Part shown: positions 50,971 to 64,000 of the stretch, in pieces
Layout: each line of letters starts with the position of its first letter
Position numbering within the stretch: the first letter of the stretch is position 1
NCBI GenBank assembly: GCA_012295275.1
Contig: CM022665.1
Coordinates: 25,544,001-25,608,000 of the forward strand
Reading direction: 5' to 3'
DNA from: Chrysomallon squamiferum
Taxonomy: Eukaryota; Animalia; Mollusca
Length of the DNA stretch: 64,000 bases
Translations under genes and position numbers: made by a program
The notes under the pieces: generated by a model
Told to the model about the DNA's origin: nothing
Databases searched by the model: none
Seen by the model: the letters and a program-made list of their open reading frames with translations, nothing else

Positions 50971-53900
50971 TATCTGCAATTATTTGTTGATTGTTATGAT
51001 CTCCATAATCTCAATAGGAAATCTGATCTTCCCATGCGTCTGCAGTAACTGAATATTTATTGACTTAACATTGAGAGGAATACTTTGTAAATGTACTTAT
51101 TAAATGATCCACTTTTTAAGCCTTTAGTTTTGCTCCAACTGTCAATCCTGCTGTAATTAAAACTTCATTTAACAATCACCTGAATGTAACAGATATTATA
51201 AGTACTTGTGTGTAAATACAGCTGAAGAAACAAGTACATACTGCTCAACTTGTGCTGTCATTTCGTGGGTGGTCATTACAAAATATTTATTTGAATGTAA
51301 AATAAAAAGAAATTGTACATATGTATGACATATTGGAAAGGTGAAATTTCTGAAAATTTCAGTTTTGTTGGAAGAGTATCAGCCATTTACTGCAAATGGA
51401 TAAGCTATGTGGAATTTGAATACCTCTAAAATAAATGAAAGTACTGTCTAACCCAACCCACACAACATTGTTTTTGACCTAACTGATACTGATGTTATTA
51501 ATGTATCATGGATAAATAAAATTCATTCTGGTAGAGCTTATCAACATGTATCATTTTATTTCTTATCAGTAAGGTTTTTAGCCCTTCAGATATTACTGAA
51601 TGTTCCTGTTTTAGAAATAAATTTTAATTGGATGTTTTTGTTAATCAAAAATACAATGTAGCAAAAGTCTTTTCATCTTAATGCTTTGTATTAATTGATC
51701 TTCTTTCATTTTTCAAATTGTTTAAACTCCTGTTTTATGAATTCAAAATATAAAGCATAATATCATACTTTGATACGATAGTGACTTACTTTTCAGTGTT
51801 TATTATTATTTTTTTTTTTATCACAAAATGTATTTAAAATGTTTCTGTCAGCCAGTGACTTGAATATATCATATTAGATCCAGGACACGTTGCAGACTTG
51901 GTATGAGTCTTTTCTTGGCAAAAATGGTAACAGAATTACAAATTTGGTGAAGGAATTATATTAATACATAACTAAATAAAAATGCACGCATCCATAAATG
52001 CAAATACTGAGACTTCCACAAAAGACGTTAGTTACTGGTAGTAACAGTTACAGAAAATGTGCCACAGTCTTGTTCTTCCTTACAAATACATAACCAGTCA
52101 ATTATCATCTTTTTTTATTTTTTATTTTTTTCTCATGTTTTGTTATAAGGTGATTCCTTGCACCAAATCTGGAACAATAAAAATAATATATATATTTTTT
52201 TTTAAATTAATATCTAAAAAAAAATTTAAATTTTTTTTTTAACTTTATAATAAATAAATAAAGATTTAGAAAAAGAAAAGGGTGGGATGGGGGGTTATTT
52301 ATTTTTTTATGGGGGTGGGTTTTGTTATTTTTGGTTTGTTTGTTTTTTGTTATTTTTCTCTATCTATATGACCAAGCACCTGAAAATGAAAAATCATTTC
52401 TTACATAAAATAAGTATGTAATATTTTCACTCTTTCAGTGTAAGTTACCAATATTGCAATGAACGTATGAACGTTTTGGCATGTGTTGAACTCATGTTGC
52501 TTTAATGCTGATTAAAAGCTGCCTTGAATGACAAATAGATTTGGAGTTCAAGTAGTAAAACTGTCAAACTAGTTATAATTATTACCCTTGTAATGCTTAA
52601 ATATTTGCATAAGATCATGAATATACATGAGAATAACTGTAAGTATCAATTTTTAATAGATGTTTTATTACAAAAACAGAAACATAATTTTGTTTTATTT
52701 TTGTAGGTAATTCTCTTACTGAGCAAAGCATTTCAATTTAAAAGAATTTCACATGATTAAATTTTGTCCAACAGAAGGTCAAGTAGTCTAGGTGTAAGCC
52801 TCAGTATGTTGCACTTACGATGATCTGACATCACATTTGAAAGAAATTGTAGTTAGGAATTTCTGTATAAAACTGTTACCAAAATAAAAGCTATTATTAT
52901 TTCATAATTTTATTATTATTATTATTATTATTATTTTTTTTTTTTTTTATTATTATTTTTTTTTTAACATACCAGTAACTTTAAATGCAACATCAGTTCA
53001 TTACATAAAAAATTATTTTTAAAACTGTTTTGTGATTTTGAAAATTTAGATCTTTATAATGAAAAATTTCTGAAATGTAATATTTATATATATATATATA
53101 TATATATTATTTGAGAAACAAATTAGGTATTAATTTAATCAGAACTTAGTCACAAAAACTATGTAGTATTCTAATTAAATTTTAAAATAATAATTGATGG
53201 TTTTGTTGTCAGCAAAATTGAGACTTCACACAGTGTTCCTATAATCAGTGTTTTTCTTTCTTCTTTATTTGTCTGCATCAAAGTAGTAGTTCTAAAAATA
53301 ATATTTAAAATTTCAGAGTCTCTATTTTTCAAATTCATTAAAATTAACAGTTATTATTTTTTTTAATGTAAATTCTAGTGTGATATTTCTTTTGTTATAG
53401 GTTGTCTTATATTAATATGGTTAACATAGTCCATGGTGGTTTATGATTAAAGTAATATTCTATAACTTCATTATCTTCAAAAGATTTCATTTTGCCTACA
53501 AAAGGCTGCATGAAAGACCCCATAGCAAGTTTAGCCTTTCGGTTTTAGCTCTTAGGTCTGATTTGATTTGACAGTAATAATAATTTTGAAATGATTAAAG
53601 ATGAAAATCCATTAAACATTGCTATAGATAGATGTGAACTAATGCTGAACTACAGTTTCAGATTGGATCTTTAAACACAAGGGAGGATTTTCATATTCAT
53701 TTGGTGGCAATGACAATGATTTTTTTATATATTTTGAATAAAAATAATTTGCACCATACATTAAATGCTTTTCACTTTAGTGTTTTCATGAAGATACTTC
53801 TCTACATGTGTTTCATTTTTAAATAGCAGTAATTACAGCTAGTATATTAACTGCTTAAAACATAAAAAACAACCAAATCAACAAAAATCATTCACTGAAA

Positions 53901-55123
53901 CCATTACCTTTAAAGATACTTAAAAAACAATACAGAACAAAAACAAAAACAACTTTACATTATTACTTCATTAAAAAGAAAATTATATATAGATGTCTAA
54001 AAAAGCAATTTGTGATTCAGTAAGCAATGTAGTACATGTAAAAGTTGTCTGTTCTATTCAGCTTTCTTTAGGAATTGTAAGACTGCCATGTACACTTCTT
54101 GTTTCTTGTAGTCACAGCAAACAGTGAAACATTGATTATTTTACTCAAGTGATATGAACTGAAGTATTTGGCTGAAAATAGCTTTTCAGTTAATCTATTA
54201 TGAAAGAGAGAAGAAAAAGTAATTATTCCTACATATGTTAATGGATTAATGTTTAGTAATTTTTTTATGTACTGGCAGACTTTGTCAATACATAAAAAAA
54301 ATTATATTTAAAAAAAAAAGGTTTTATTTATTTACTTGTATTTGAAATTAACAATAAAATTATAAAGATTTCAATAAGGTAAATGAAGGGCTTAGAAACA
54401 GAAAGGTTTCATCCACAGGACACAGATTTTCAGATAACTAATGTTGAAATTATTAAAATTCATAAATGATAAAGCAATTTAAAGTAATATTCACAAATTT
54501 GTTCAGGAGTACTTTGTGATTTTGACATTGTCTAAGCTTTGAGCAACTGGTGGATGTTATCAGTGTCTATCTTTGATGATCCCAACATATTTTTTATTCC
54601 TTTGGGGTTATATCACTATTATTCTCAGCCCTTTGTGAATTATCATTAGTTTTCATTAGAGTAAATGACAAATCAAAAAAACCATCCAGTCTCCATTTTT
54701 CTGAAGATCAGTGCAAATAAGAGAGAAATATATGACTGTGCTTCTGAATAAAGATATTCATAGTATCATTTTTCAAACACTCCTTCATTAGTGTTTAAAC
54801 TTTAATTAATTTATTTATTGATTTGTAATTTTTATTATCATTGAAATTTTGTTTTAAATTCTGTGTTTGATTCATTTATACAGTTAAACTAATAAAAAGT
54901 AATGGTTGGTGTTTTACTTTCAGGAGCAGTCCAGAACCCAAGGCTGTGTGATGGAAGTGAAGTGTATTTTGGTAGAACAGATTTTTCTGTTAACAGAGAC
55001 TTTAAAACTGATCACTTAGTCCACAAGTATTATTTCTGGCTTTGCAATGTTATTGTTTGTTGAATTTTAACATTATTTGAATTCAGATCTGTTTAAATTT
55101 ATCTCATTAAATTTACCTGTTTA

Positions 55124-55130
<7 letters not shown>

Positions 55131-55171
<41 letters not shown>
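55131..55171. repeat. (ATT)n microsatellite
   Basis: Read directly from the sequence. Confidence 0.9.
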
Positions 55172-55172
<1 letters not shown>

Positions 55173-58100
55173 TAATTTAGTTTTTTTAAATTACCAAGCT
55201 GAAACATTTATCATGCTTTCAGTAACATTATCTCAAGACATTGCCATCCTAAGGTCTGCAATACTTGGTGCCAAACTATTTATTTGCTGTAATATTTCTG
55301 TACATGAAGTTGCATTCATATGAGATTAGTATATAACTGGTGTGCCCATATGATGGCAGCAGTTTTATGCACAATACATAAGCCATTATTGTTTATGTTC
55401 TCATGATTATGATCTTTTTGTCTAATCTTTTTCTTCCTTCTTTAAAAATTTATTATTATTACTATATATTAATTTTTAAAATTTATTTATAACTATTATT
55501 ATATATTATAATAATAATAACAATAATAGAAATAATAATAATAATAATTATTATTATTATTACTATAAATGCAAAATTGCTTTTATTGATTACTGCTCTT
55601 TGTGTATGTATATATATGCATATATATATATATATATATACATGTATACAGTGAATTGTGTTGGGACAATGAGCTAGCTTAATCCTGTGGTGCATGATCA
55701 GTCAGAGTCCAAATATATTTTGACTCCGGCACTACTGATGTTGTTTAACAATTTCTGTTGGTTAGTGAATAGGTTTGAATTGCAACCTTTACTTTCATTA
55801 TTAACTTTGTTTTGAAAATGTTGTTCATCACCATGGATCCAAAACACTATAAATTGCTAAAAAAAAAATTGATATTACTGTAGGCAAAATTCAATTTATT
55901 TATGATACTAGTATTTCTACTTCTTTTTTCAAGTCATCAGAGTAAAAATAATAATAACAGTGATAAATAAATAAATATTGATAAAGGATTTTTATTATCC
56001 TCTATTATTACTCATATTAGGAAATTATTAATAAACAGTTGTCATATATTAAATGAGACAAACCAAATTTTTGACATCAGGTACACATACTGCAATTACA
56101 GATTGGATTTGGCATGTACAATCTAGTTAGTAATAATTTTTAGTGTTTGCAAACCAAACTTAGAAAGAAATATTAGACACTCAGTTTTATTTTTATTGCC
56201 CTCTTGAAATCCACCAAAAGCACATTCTAAATGTCCTTTTTTCTTTATTATTACCACTCTGTAACATCTGACAGAAATTATTCATTTTTGATTTTATATT
56301 ATCACCATAATTAGATTCATAATATATTTGGACATCATCATTTATCATTGTCTAGATGAAGCTTATAATAATATATATTATATATATATTATATTGTTTT
56401 TAAATGTTAGTGTCTGTATGCATTACTCTTTTGAACGGAGCATAATAAGTTCAACAGTAGCTTTAGTTTAACCATGGCTGTGAGATCAGATGTTTAAAAC
56501 TTCAATTAATTTTGATATTTTACAAAATATTCAGCCATGCAGAATGGGATTTGTTTTTTGTATGTTGCTTGTGTGTTCATTTTCCATTCATCTTCTTAAT
56601 ACCTGCAATAAACAGTTTTATTCATTTTCAATTTTTCACAAAAACAGTCTCAGCACATTTAACTAAAAACCAGCCATGATATAGTGATAAATCTTATATG
56701 ATTTGATCTACATTTATTTTAATTTTTTTTACTGTGGGTAATTAAAGCAATGTATTCATGTATTCAGGGTATTTGATTTTCTGATTTATCCAGCTGAAAT
56801 GTTAAGGATGAGTAATTAAATGGATGCAGTGAGACATAATTTTCATATGTAGAGTAATTGATTCCAGTCATATTGTGAGTCATAATACAGATTGTTTACT
56901 AATATGTACAGATGTAACAATCAGTTAATATATATAACAATGATAAATTAGTAATTTCTTTTTCTTCTAATATTTTTTATTATTATAATTACTTATTTTA
57001 TTTTATTTCAATTTTTTTTTTTTTTTTTTTTTTTTAATTTTTTTTTTATAAAGTTAAATAAGTTTTTACTGTTTAGTAAGTACACAGCATTGAAAACATA
57101 ATTGTTATTTTTGTTTGTAACAAATCAGAACTGATAGAAAACATAAACAGTGCACTCAGTAAATTAACCATACAGATTTATTGTTATTATTATTATTATT
57201 ATTATAGTACATTTTTGTAAATCTAAACACAAATGCAAAGTGAACATATTTTTAAAGTTTTACTGTTTAATATCAAAATTATTTCAAAAGCAGAATACTT
57301 CCTTTCATGAACATAGAATGTGAGTTTTGGATTGCATAGTTAACACAATTAGCATAATCTTAAATGGACAGAGGAGTCAAATTTACAGTATATATAACCT
57401 TGGTCATGACCGTTTTATTGTTAGAGAGACTAGATGTAAAAGCCTACTGATTCAAAATATGACAGAATTGTGCATTAAGTGAAGCATATAGTGTGATGTA
57501 ATAACAACAAATAAGGTTAAGCAACAAAACAACTTAAGTACACAAATGATTTAACTGGATGTGCGAAAAATGTATATAGTTTTGTTTCTAATACAAAATA
57601 TGTGAATAAATAAAAGTATATTGATTTTTGTTATGGTACAAAATGATTATTGAGAATCAATTTCTTGAACATGTTTATCTGATTAATTGTTCTCTTAGTC
57701 AAATGTATTTGAAAGACATGTTTGTCATTTTTGCTTCAGTTAGGTTTGAATTGTTTTAAATTTTATTTAGTTAAATCATGTGTTTTGTTATTAATTTAGA
57801 GTTGTTTTTTGGTGTATAAATTATTTTATTTTTATTTTTTAATGTTTCCCCCTGTCTTTATCTTTTTTATTATTATTTTTTTTTTTTTTGTTGGTTGTTA
57901 TGAGTTAAATTGTACTTCTACAAAACAAAAAAAAAATTAAACAGAAATTAGGATAGGATAAAAATAAAAATATATTCTTTAATAAAATATTGTAAAATTT
58001 TATTATCCTTTGATGTATTTTATTATGGTTAAAAACTGCTTATAAAAAATAAGATAAGATTTATAACTCTAAATACACAGTTGAGTCAGGATACTGACAT

Positions 58101-61100
58101 TAAGAAAGTCCATTTGTTTGCATTGTGCTCTACTGTTATACAGTACCTTTGATTTGTGGAAGAACAAAATCTGAAGTGGTTCATACAGATATAACTGATA
58201 GTCATGTGTCAAATATGAGGATTACACGTCAACTGTAATTACAACTGTATTTCCTTCTTCTCACAGTCTGAATACAAGTTAGGACTTGCACAGTCAAATA
58301 TGATACAACTTCTTGGTGTAATGATTATTATCAGTGGATAATTCTCTATTTTATTACTATTCTTCTTCTTATTATTATTACTAATATTATTATTATTATT
58401 ATTTCATCTGTTGTTAGCTTCAGTTACGTTAGGTATTTAGTGTAAAGAAAAGGTTTCTTAACATTAAAATGAATTACTACTTTGATCTTTTATATACATC
58501 ACTTTATTTTTAAATAAATGTTTAATTCACATAATAATTGATATTAATTAAGTTTTAAATGTAGCTGTAATTTGTAAAAATAATAATGAAAAACAAATCA
58601 GTTTTGTTTTTTTGTTACATGGAAAATGGAACAATAGATTATTTTAATAATATATTTGCCAATCTTCACTGTACAACGATTGCCATTTGAATAATTTCTA
58701 CATATGTCTGTCACACAGCATTTTATCAACTGTTCAACATACATTAATATATTTCTGAACTGGCCATAGAACAATCTTTGTTCACCATGTTAATTCCATT
58801 AAATTTAAATTAAATTTTAATCTGACTAACAAGTTGGATAATGGAACTGTTTTTCACTTTTATCTGCATTAAACAGCAGAAACATTTTTATGGAACAATT
58901 AAAATGTAATTTATTGATGTTTCCAGTAATCTTTGATCTCAGTTATTGTTATTATATGGTGTTTATCTAAATAACATAAGACCCTGAAATTTAAACTGGC
59001 AACAGAGGGGAGAAGTAAGAAAAGCATTAATTTTTAGGGTTCAGTAACAAAATAACTAGCCTAGCTGTAATGTGTGTATAACATATTCCTTCAGTTGTTT
59101 ATGACCCATAATAATAATTAGTAGTAATAATAATTTTATTCTCTGTGCATTTCTGATCAAATATAATAATAATAATGGTAATAATATTAAAAATGTTATT
59201 CTTGATACATTTCTCTTCAAGTAACTGTTGAAGGTCAAAATTAATTTTTCACAGACAATATAAAATGTTATTTTTCCTCAAGCATAATACTGTGTATTAT
59301 TTAATGATTTTATTGTCTTAAGGCTGGATTGGATGAACAGTTCATTTCATTTTAGATCAGAGTATCATGTTTATTACATATATTTTTAGAATTTTAGTCT
59401 ATTCATAAATGCACTGCCATTGTAAACAGTATTTACATGCTTTAGCACCAATTGTTGTTAATGATTCCAGTTTACCTGTTTGAATTGTAATCATTACTTA
59501 TTTTAACATTTTGAAATGTGGCAGTGTTGGTGGATAGTAACAGACAGTGATTGTGAATTCATAGAAAAATATATAAGTGTAGAGATTTTTCATAAGAAAG
59601 GATGGTAGGTTTGATTTTTCTTCATATATGTTAAAAAATTTACATGAATGACTTTGTCAGAGTACTTTTACATGTGATCTTTTGTTTAACCTTTTATTGC
59701 TACTTGTATTGTGATCCATTTGCATGTTACTTTGACGTGTTAAAATTCTTTATTATTTAATATGTTTATTAATATTTCTAAAATAATTATTTACTTCATT
59801 AAAATTCATTAAAATTAAACAAAAGGTTTTACTCACCTTATAAATCTTAAAATTTTACATTTGACATCATTTGTACCACTATGGTTTGTTTGTTTTTCCA
59901 CTGAAATTTTGTCCCTTCCTTTTTCCCAGTGCATAATGCTTTATCTTATTTTGGTTAATATGCTTAATGACAATCACACCAGGCATCAAAACTTTACCAA
60001 TCAAATAAACTGTAAAAGAGTTAGAATTGTTAAATTAATTCATTGAAATTCCTTTTTTTTTTTCCTAGTTTTTAATTTTTTTCTTTACCGTTATGTTAGA
60101 CAGCTTCAAAAGGAAGTAATAAATGTGGACACTGTTTTACTTCATCAGCTTTTAAACCAGTTTGTAAATCATATAATAATAAAAATAGTACTAATTTTTT
60201 AGGACAGAACTCATTTCACAGAAATTGTGTTGTCATTTTTGTGTTTAAGATCTTTTCTAAAAGTTTTTTTTATTTTTGTTCGTTTTTTTCAATTGCTTCT
60301 TTATTCAATATTTTTCTCTAATTTAACAATTTATTTTTGTTTTTCTTTAGTTGTGTTTCATTTATTTGAGATTTTCTTTCAAGTTTATGGATTTTCTTTC
60401 TAATCTTTTTTTTTTTGTAATTATTTTATTTATTTATTATTATTATTATTTTAAGAAAACAATCTTTGTATATGACTATTATAGAATGTGTGCTTCTATT
60501 TTTTGTGGATCTCTTGTCAATCTGAAATTTAGTGCCATATTGCTCTATTCTATTTCAGTATGAAAATTTATGTATTTGTGAGTTCTGGTTTAGAAATATT
60601 ACATGTATATTATTATCACAAATAATTATTATTATTTTTTTTTTTTCCTTTCTTTTATTTTTTATTATTATTATTTTTTAAAGTACTTGTATTGGTTGTG
60701 AGACCATTGTGTTTTTGTAGGAGTTGGAAATCACAATCTAAATTAAATATAATAAATATCTTTCATATTATGATAACTAGAGAAAAATTGTTAAACTGGT
60801 AGTCATTCAAAAAAGTTACCTATTTGTCAGAATAAAATGCAGGAATTGTTTCATAAATGTTATTATTTTTTTATTTAGTTATTTATTATTATTATTATTT
60901 TTATTTTTTTAGAAATTCAGGAGTTATTTAAAAGGAGAAATTGTATGAAATAAAATATAAATTTTTTCTTCAAGTTTACGTGTTCAAGTGGCTTACGCAG
61001 AGTATTTTGTCTCTTTTCTTGAAAAGATTTCAAATTGTAACTAACTTGTAACTTTTTCTTGCTTTATTTATGGCAGTCAAAAGTTTATTTGTGATCTACT

Positions 61101-61465
61101 ATTGAAACAGTAAAAGCCTATTTTCAAAGTATGCAGTTTGTTTGTGACAGAATATGCATTGTTACTACATGTTTAACCACATTTATGTTTCTGATATCCT
61201 TATGTCTCAGCATTGCATATGATCAATAAATAGAGCTGCAATGGCACTAAAATAATGGAATTGTTTGTTTTTGTCTTCATTCTTATATTAAATAAATATA
61301 CAAGTATTAAGTATCAGAATAACACTAATGTCTCGTTCCATTAAGCTTACATTTTATTTGAACATATTGAAGATTTCCAAGGAATTAAACACAACACATT
61401 CTTAATACAAAATTAAAACTAATGAGTAATGAAAATGTAACATCATTCCCCATAGAGAAACTTCA

Positions 61466-61700
61466 AAAAGTGAACCTTGTTCAAGTCCTGTAAATCTTAA
61501 TTTAGATTATTAGATCATCCCATCAATATAGATTCTGTGCTGAATGTGTAAAAATAAAAATTAATATATTACAGCAGATGCAAACATTTAAAAAGTGACC
61601 CTTATTCAAGTCCCATGAATATTAATTTAGATTTATGAAATCATACCACCACTAAATGTTACTACTATACTCAACATGTAAAAATAAAAATTGATATACT
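61466..61700. repeat. Diverged tandem duplication, ~125-bp period
   Basis: AAAAGTGAACCTTGTTCAAGTCC...TGTAAAAATAAAAATTAATATA at 61466 and AAAAGTGACCCTTATTCAAGTCC...TGTAAAAATAAAAATTGATATA at 61591. Confidence 0.8.
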
Positions 61701-62786
61701 TAGAGCATCTATTTACAACGGATGAAAAAAAACCCAGTGGATCAGCATTCCTGTTATGTTAATCAGCACTGCAGGTGTGTTGTCTGCTTTTCTCATTAGT
61801 GTCCATTTCAGTGTAACAACTTCTTCAGCTCTATTATACTGTAACTTGGTTTACTGTTAGTTAAATATTTATAAGTACAACAATTTGACTAGGGTTCCAG
61901 TTGCTTCTAACTTGGTTATCTTACTTAGGAAAAAAATGTTTAATATGTATATACAGAAGGAATATTCATACCATTTCTTTGTACCTAAACATTTTTGTTC
62001 AAACTCTGTGTCAGTTTACCAAACATTTATGCTGGAAATAATTCACAAAATCATTTTTTTTTTTTTTTTCCCTGTGTTCCAATACTGCAGGAAATAAAAC
62101 ATTTTCCACGAATCCGTGTCAACTTTCTCTTCTCTTTTAGTTATAACAGTGGAAAATCTTCTTCTTACAAAAAATCTCAATTTGTGATTTACCAAAATTA
62201 TGTTCCTTCATGAAGTCAACTTACAGTAGTGATGTTTTGAAATATGTTAGCTCCATAATTTCAGAACTGAAATGCACATGTTAAATATTAGTGTGTGCAG
62301 GATTATTAGATGATTTTTTACTAATTTTATTTGCGATTCTTTAATTAATAAATTGAAAAAAACAAAATTTTAAATGTTACATCACAATCAGCATGTTTAT
62401 CAAAATCATTATCCCAGGACCTGATATTTCCCCTCTTTTTGTACATTGTCCTAAGATTTCCAATTTCTTCCATTTTCTGAACTATCACTAATCCTAATAC
62501 AAATACTTTAATTCAATTTCAATTTTCCAAAGCAGTGATCATCAGTTTAGATGTCTATTCTGTATCCAAAGATTATAAACTGAAAGTGGCAACAAATTAA
62601 TATTATCATTATGCAAATATAAATACATGTATCTGTAAAGGGACGCCACTCTGATAAAGGTTAAATGTCTAAACTCTAAATTCAGTTGTACAAATAATAA
62701 TAATAATCATCATCTATGTGCTGTATGTAATATTTCTACTGCATCCATAACACTAGGCATCTCATTGTGAGATAATACACCACTTC

Positions 62787-62937
62787 CAATGCTGGATTAA
62801 GATATAGGGTTTTAGGGCTGCAGGCCAAGGGATCCAGAGATAAAGTGAACATTTATTTCATTAACTTTTTTGCTTATGAAAATATTACTAGGGCCTCGCA
62901 CTAGCTGTAACCCAGAGGCCTACTTAATCCAGCTCTT
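62787..62937. mobile_element. MITE-like element with short terminal inverted repeats (possibly PIF/Harbinger-type)
   Basis: GCTGGATTAAG (62791-62801) and CTTAATCCAGC (62923-62933) form a perfect 11-bp inverted repeat around a GC-richer core. Confidence 0.5.
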
Positions 62938-64000
62938 ATCACAGAATCATGTCAAAGTGCTTTATGAATATTAAAATAATAACAATAATAATAATAATAA
63001 TAATAAAAATTTAAAAAACAACATCAGAGTTGATCAGAATATTTTTAATTTTACAAAATATTTTCTGACACGGTTTACAATGACAAAGAAAAGGATAAGA
63101 GCTATGCACAAAACTTGGCCACAAACAGCCTACAAGCCAAGTAGTAGTAATAACAACATAATATACAATAAGAAAGCTTGTTTAATATTAGCATATGTAC
63201 ATTTGTCGAACTTGGGACACAACATGGAAAACAAGGGAAACTGCCAGTATTTCGTAGGATGTTACTCTTTTTCTGTTTTTAAATTTTCAATCTTGCACAA
63301 CTTCAAATTATCACGAATTTCAGTCTAAAATCATGCACACTGGTAGTTTTAAATCATATTTACAGTTAGTACATTTTTTGTTGTTGTTGTATTGTTATTT
63401 TCTAAAATAATAAATTTTTCAACAAAAAAACAAAAAACTAACAGTTTTAAGTATTTGACTAACATATCCAGTATTTAATGTGATGAAACTTTAGACCAAA
63501 GTTTCATGTGACTTGTCGAGAACAGTTCTGCAAGTTTAAAGTAAATCTGCCACACTGGATATAGGTTACTTAAAACAACACAATGTTATTAACAATATCA
63601 TACATATAAACATCAATTCTTAAGTGTCAGTTCACTTGTCATGGTGCAAATTCTGGGCCATTAATTTGGTCAGAAACTACTTCATGCATTGATCTTCTCG
63701 TCCTGTGACTTGCTTCGACTTTGGTTACATTTTCTTTCCTTCATGTCACTTCAGAGCACATTGCTAGGTGCAGTCAATGTGTTAGAGAATTAAACGTTGA
63801 ACTCCACAGATGACAGGTTATTATATAATAAAACAAGATTCCTTAACATCCATACAGATTCCACAGGATGTCCTTTTTAACCAGGGCCAGTTCAGAACAC
63901 ATGCATGCACACTCATATACATATGTAAAACAGAAAAATATATTGCATTCAATACTTAGTATTACTGAATGCATTCAAGAGTGTAATCATTCTGTAGTTA

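Noticed and set aside
63600-63900. GC-richer block with a GTGAC-ATGAA...GAAG-GTCAC pattern on the minus strand (SECIS-like or exon-like)
   Set aside because: No pairable helix II for a SECIS and no long open frame or clear splice sites. It is probably the UTR of a gene beyond the window.

Overview
AT-rich, intron-rich, microsatellite-laden animal genomic DNA. The SINE and MITE families resemble ones I recall from gastropod molluscs, so the taxon is an inference. Three spliced genes can be rebuilt exon by exon with GT-AG junctions and consistent phase: Pellino E3 ubiquitin ligase (minus, 10 exons, 25525->10178, 445 aa), SPRTN/Spartan DNA-protein-crosslink metalloprotease (minus, 6 exons, 33336->29400, 562 aa) and a tau-tubulin kinase (TTBK/asator-like; plus, 7 coding exons, 38377->50101, 992 aa). 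An intronless 97-aa orphan ORF (26000..26293, +) lies head-to-head with Pellino and tail-to-tail with SPRTN. Mobile DNA includes a decayed Tc1/mariner transposase, several tRNA-SINE-like copies and MITE-like inverted repeats. The most notable observations are two extra phase-matched candidate first coding exons for Pellino, a chain of ATGA stop/start-overlapping uORFs ending exactly on the TTBK start codon, an in-frame upstream ATG interrupted by one TGA in SPRTN, the orphan ORF, a SINE copy that forms a pre-miRNA-sized hairpin, and a candidate alternative TTBK last exon. No rRNA, tRNA or CRISPR array was seen.
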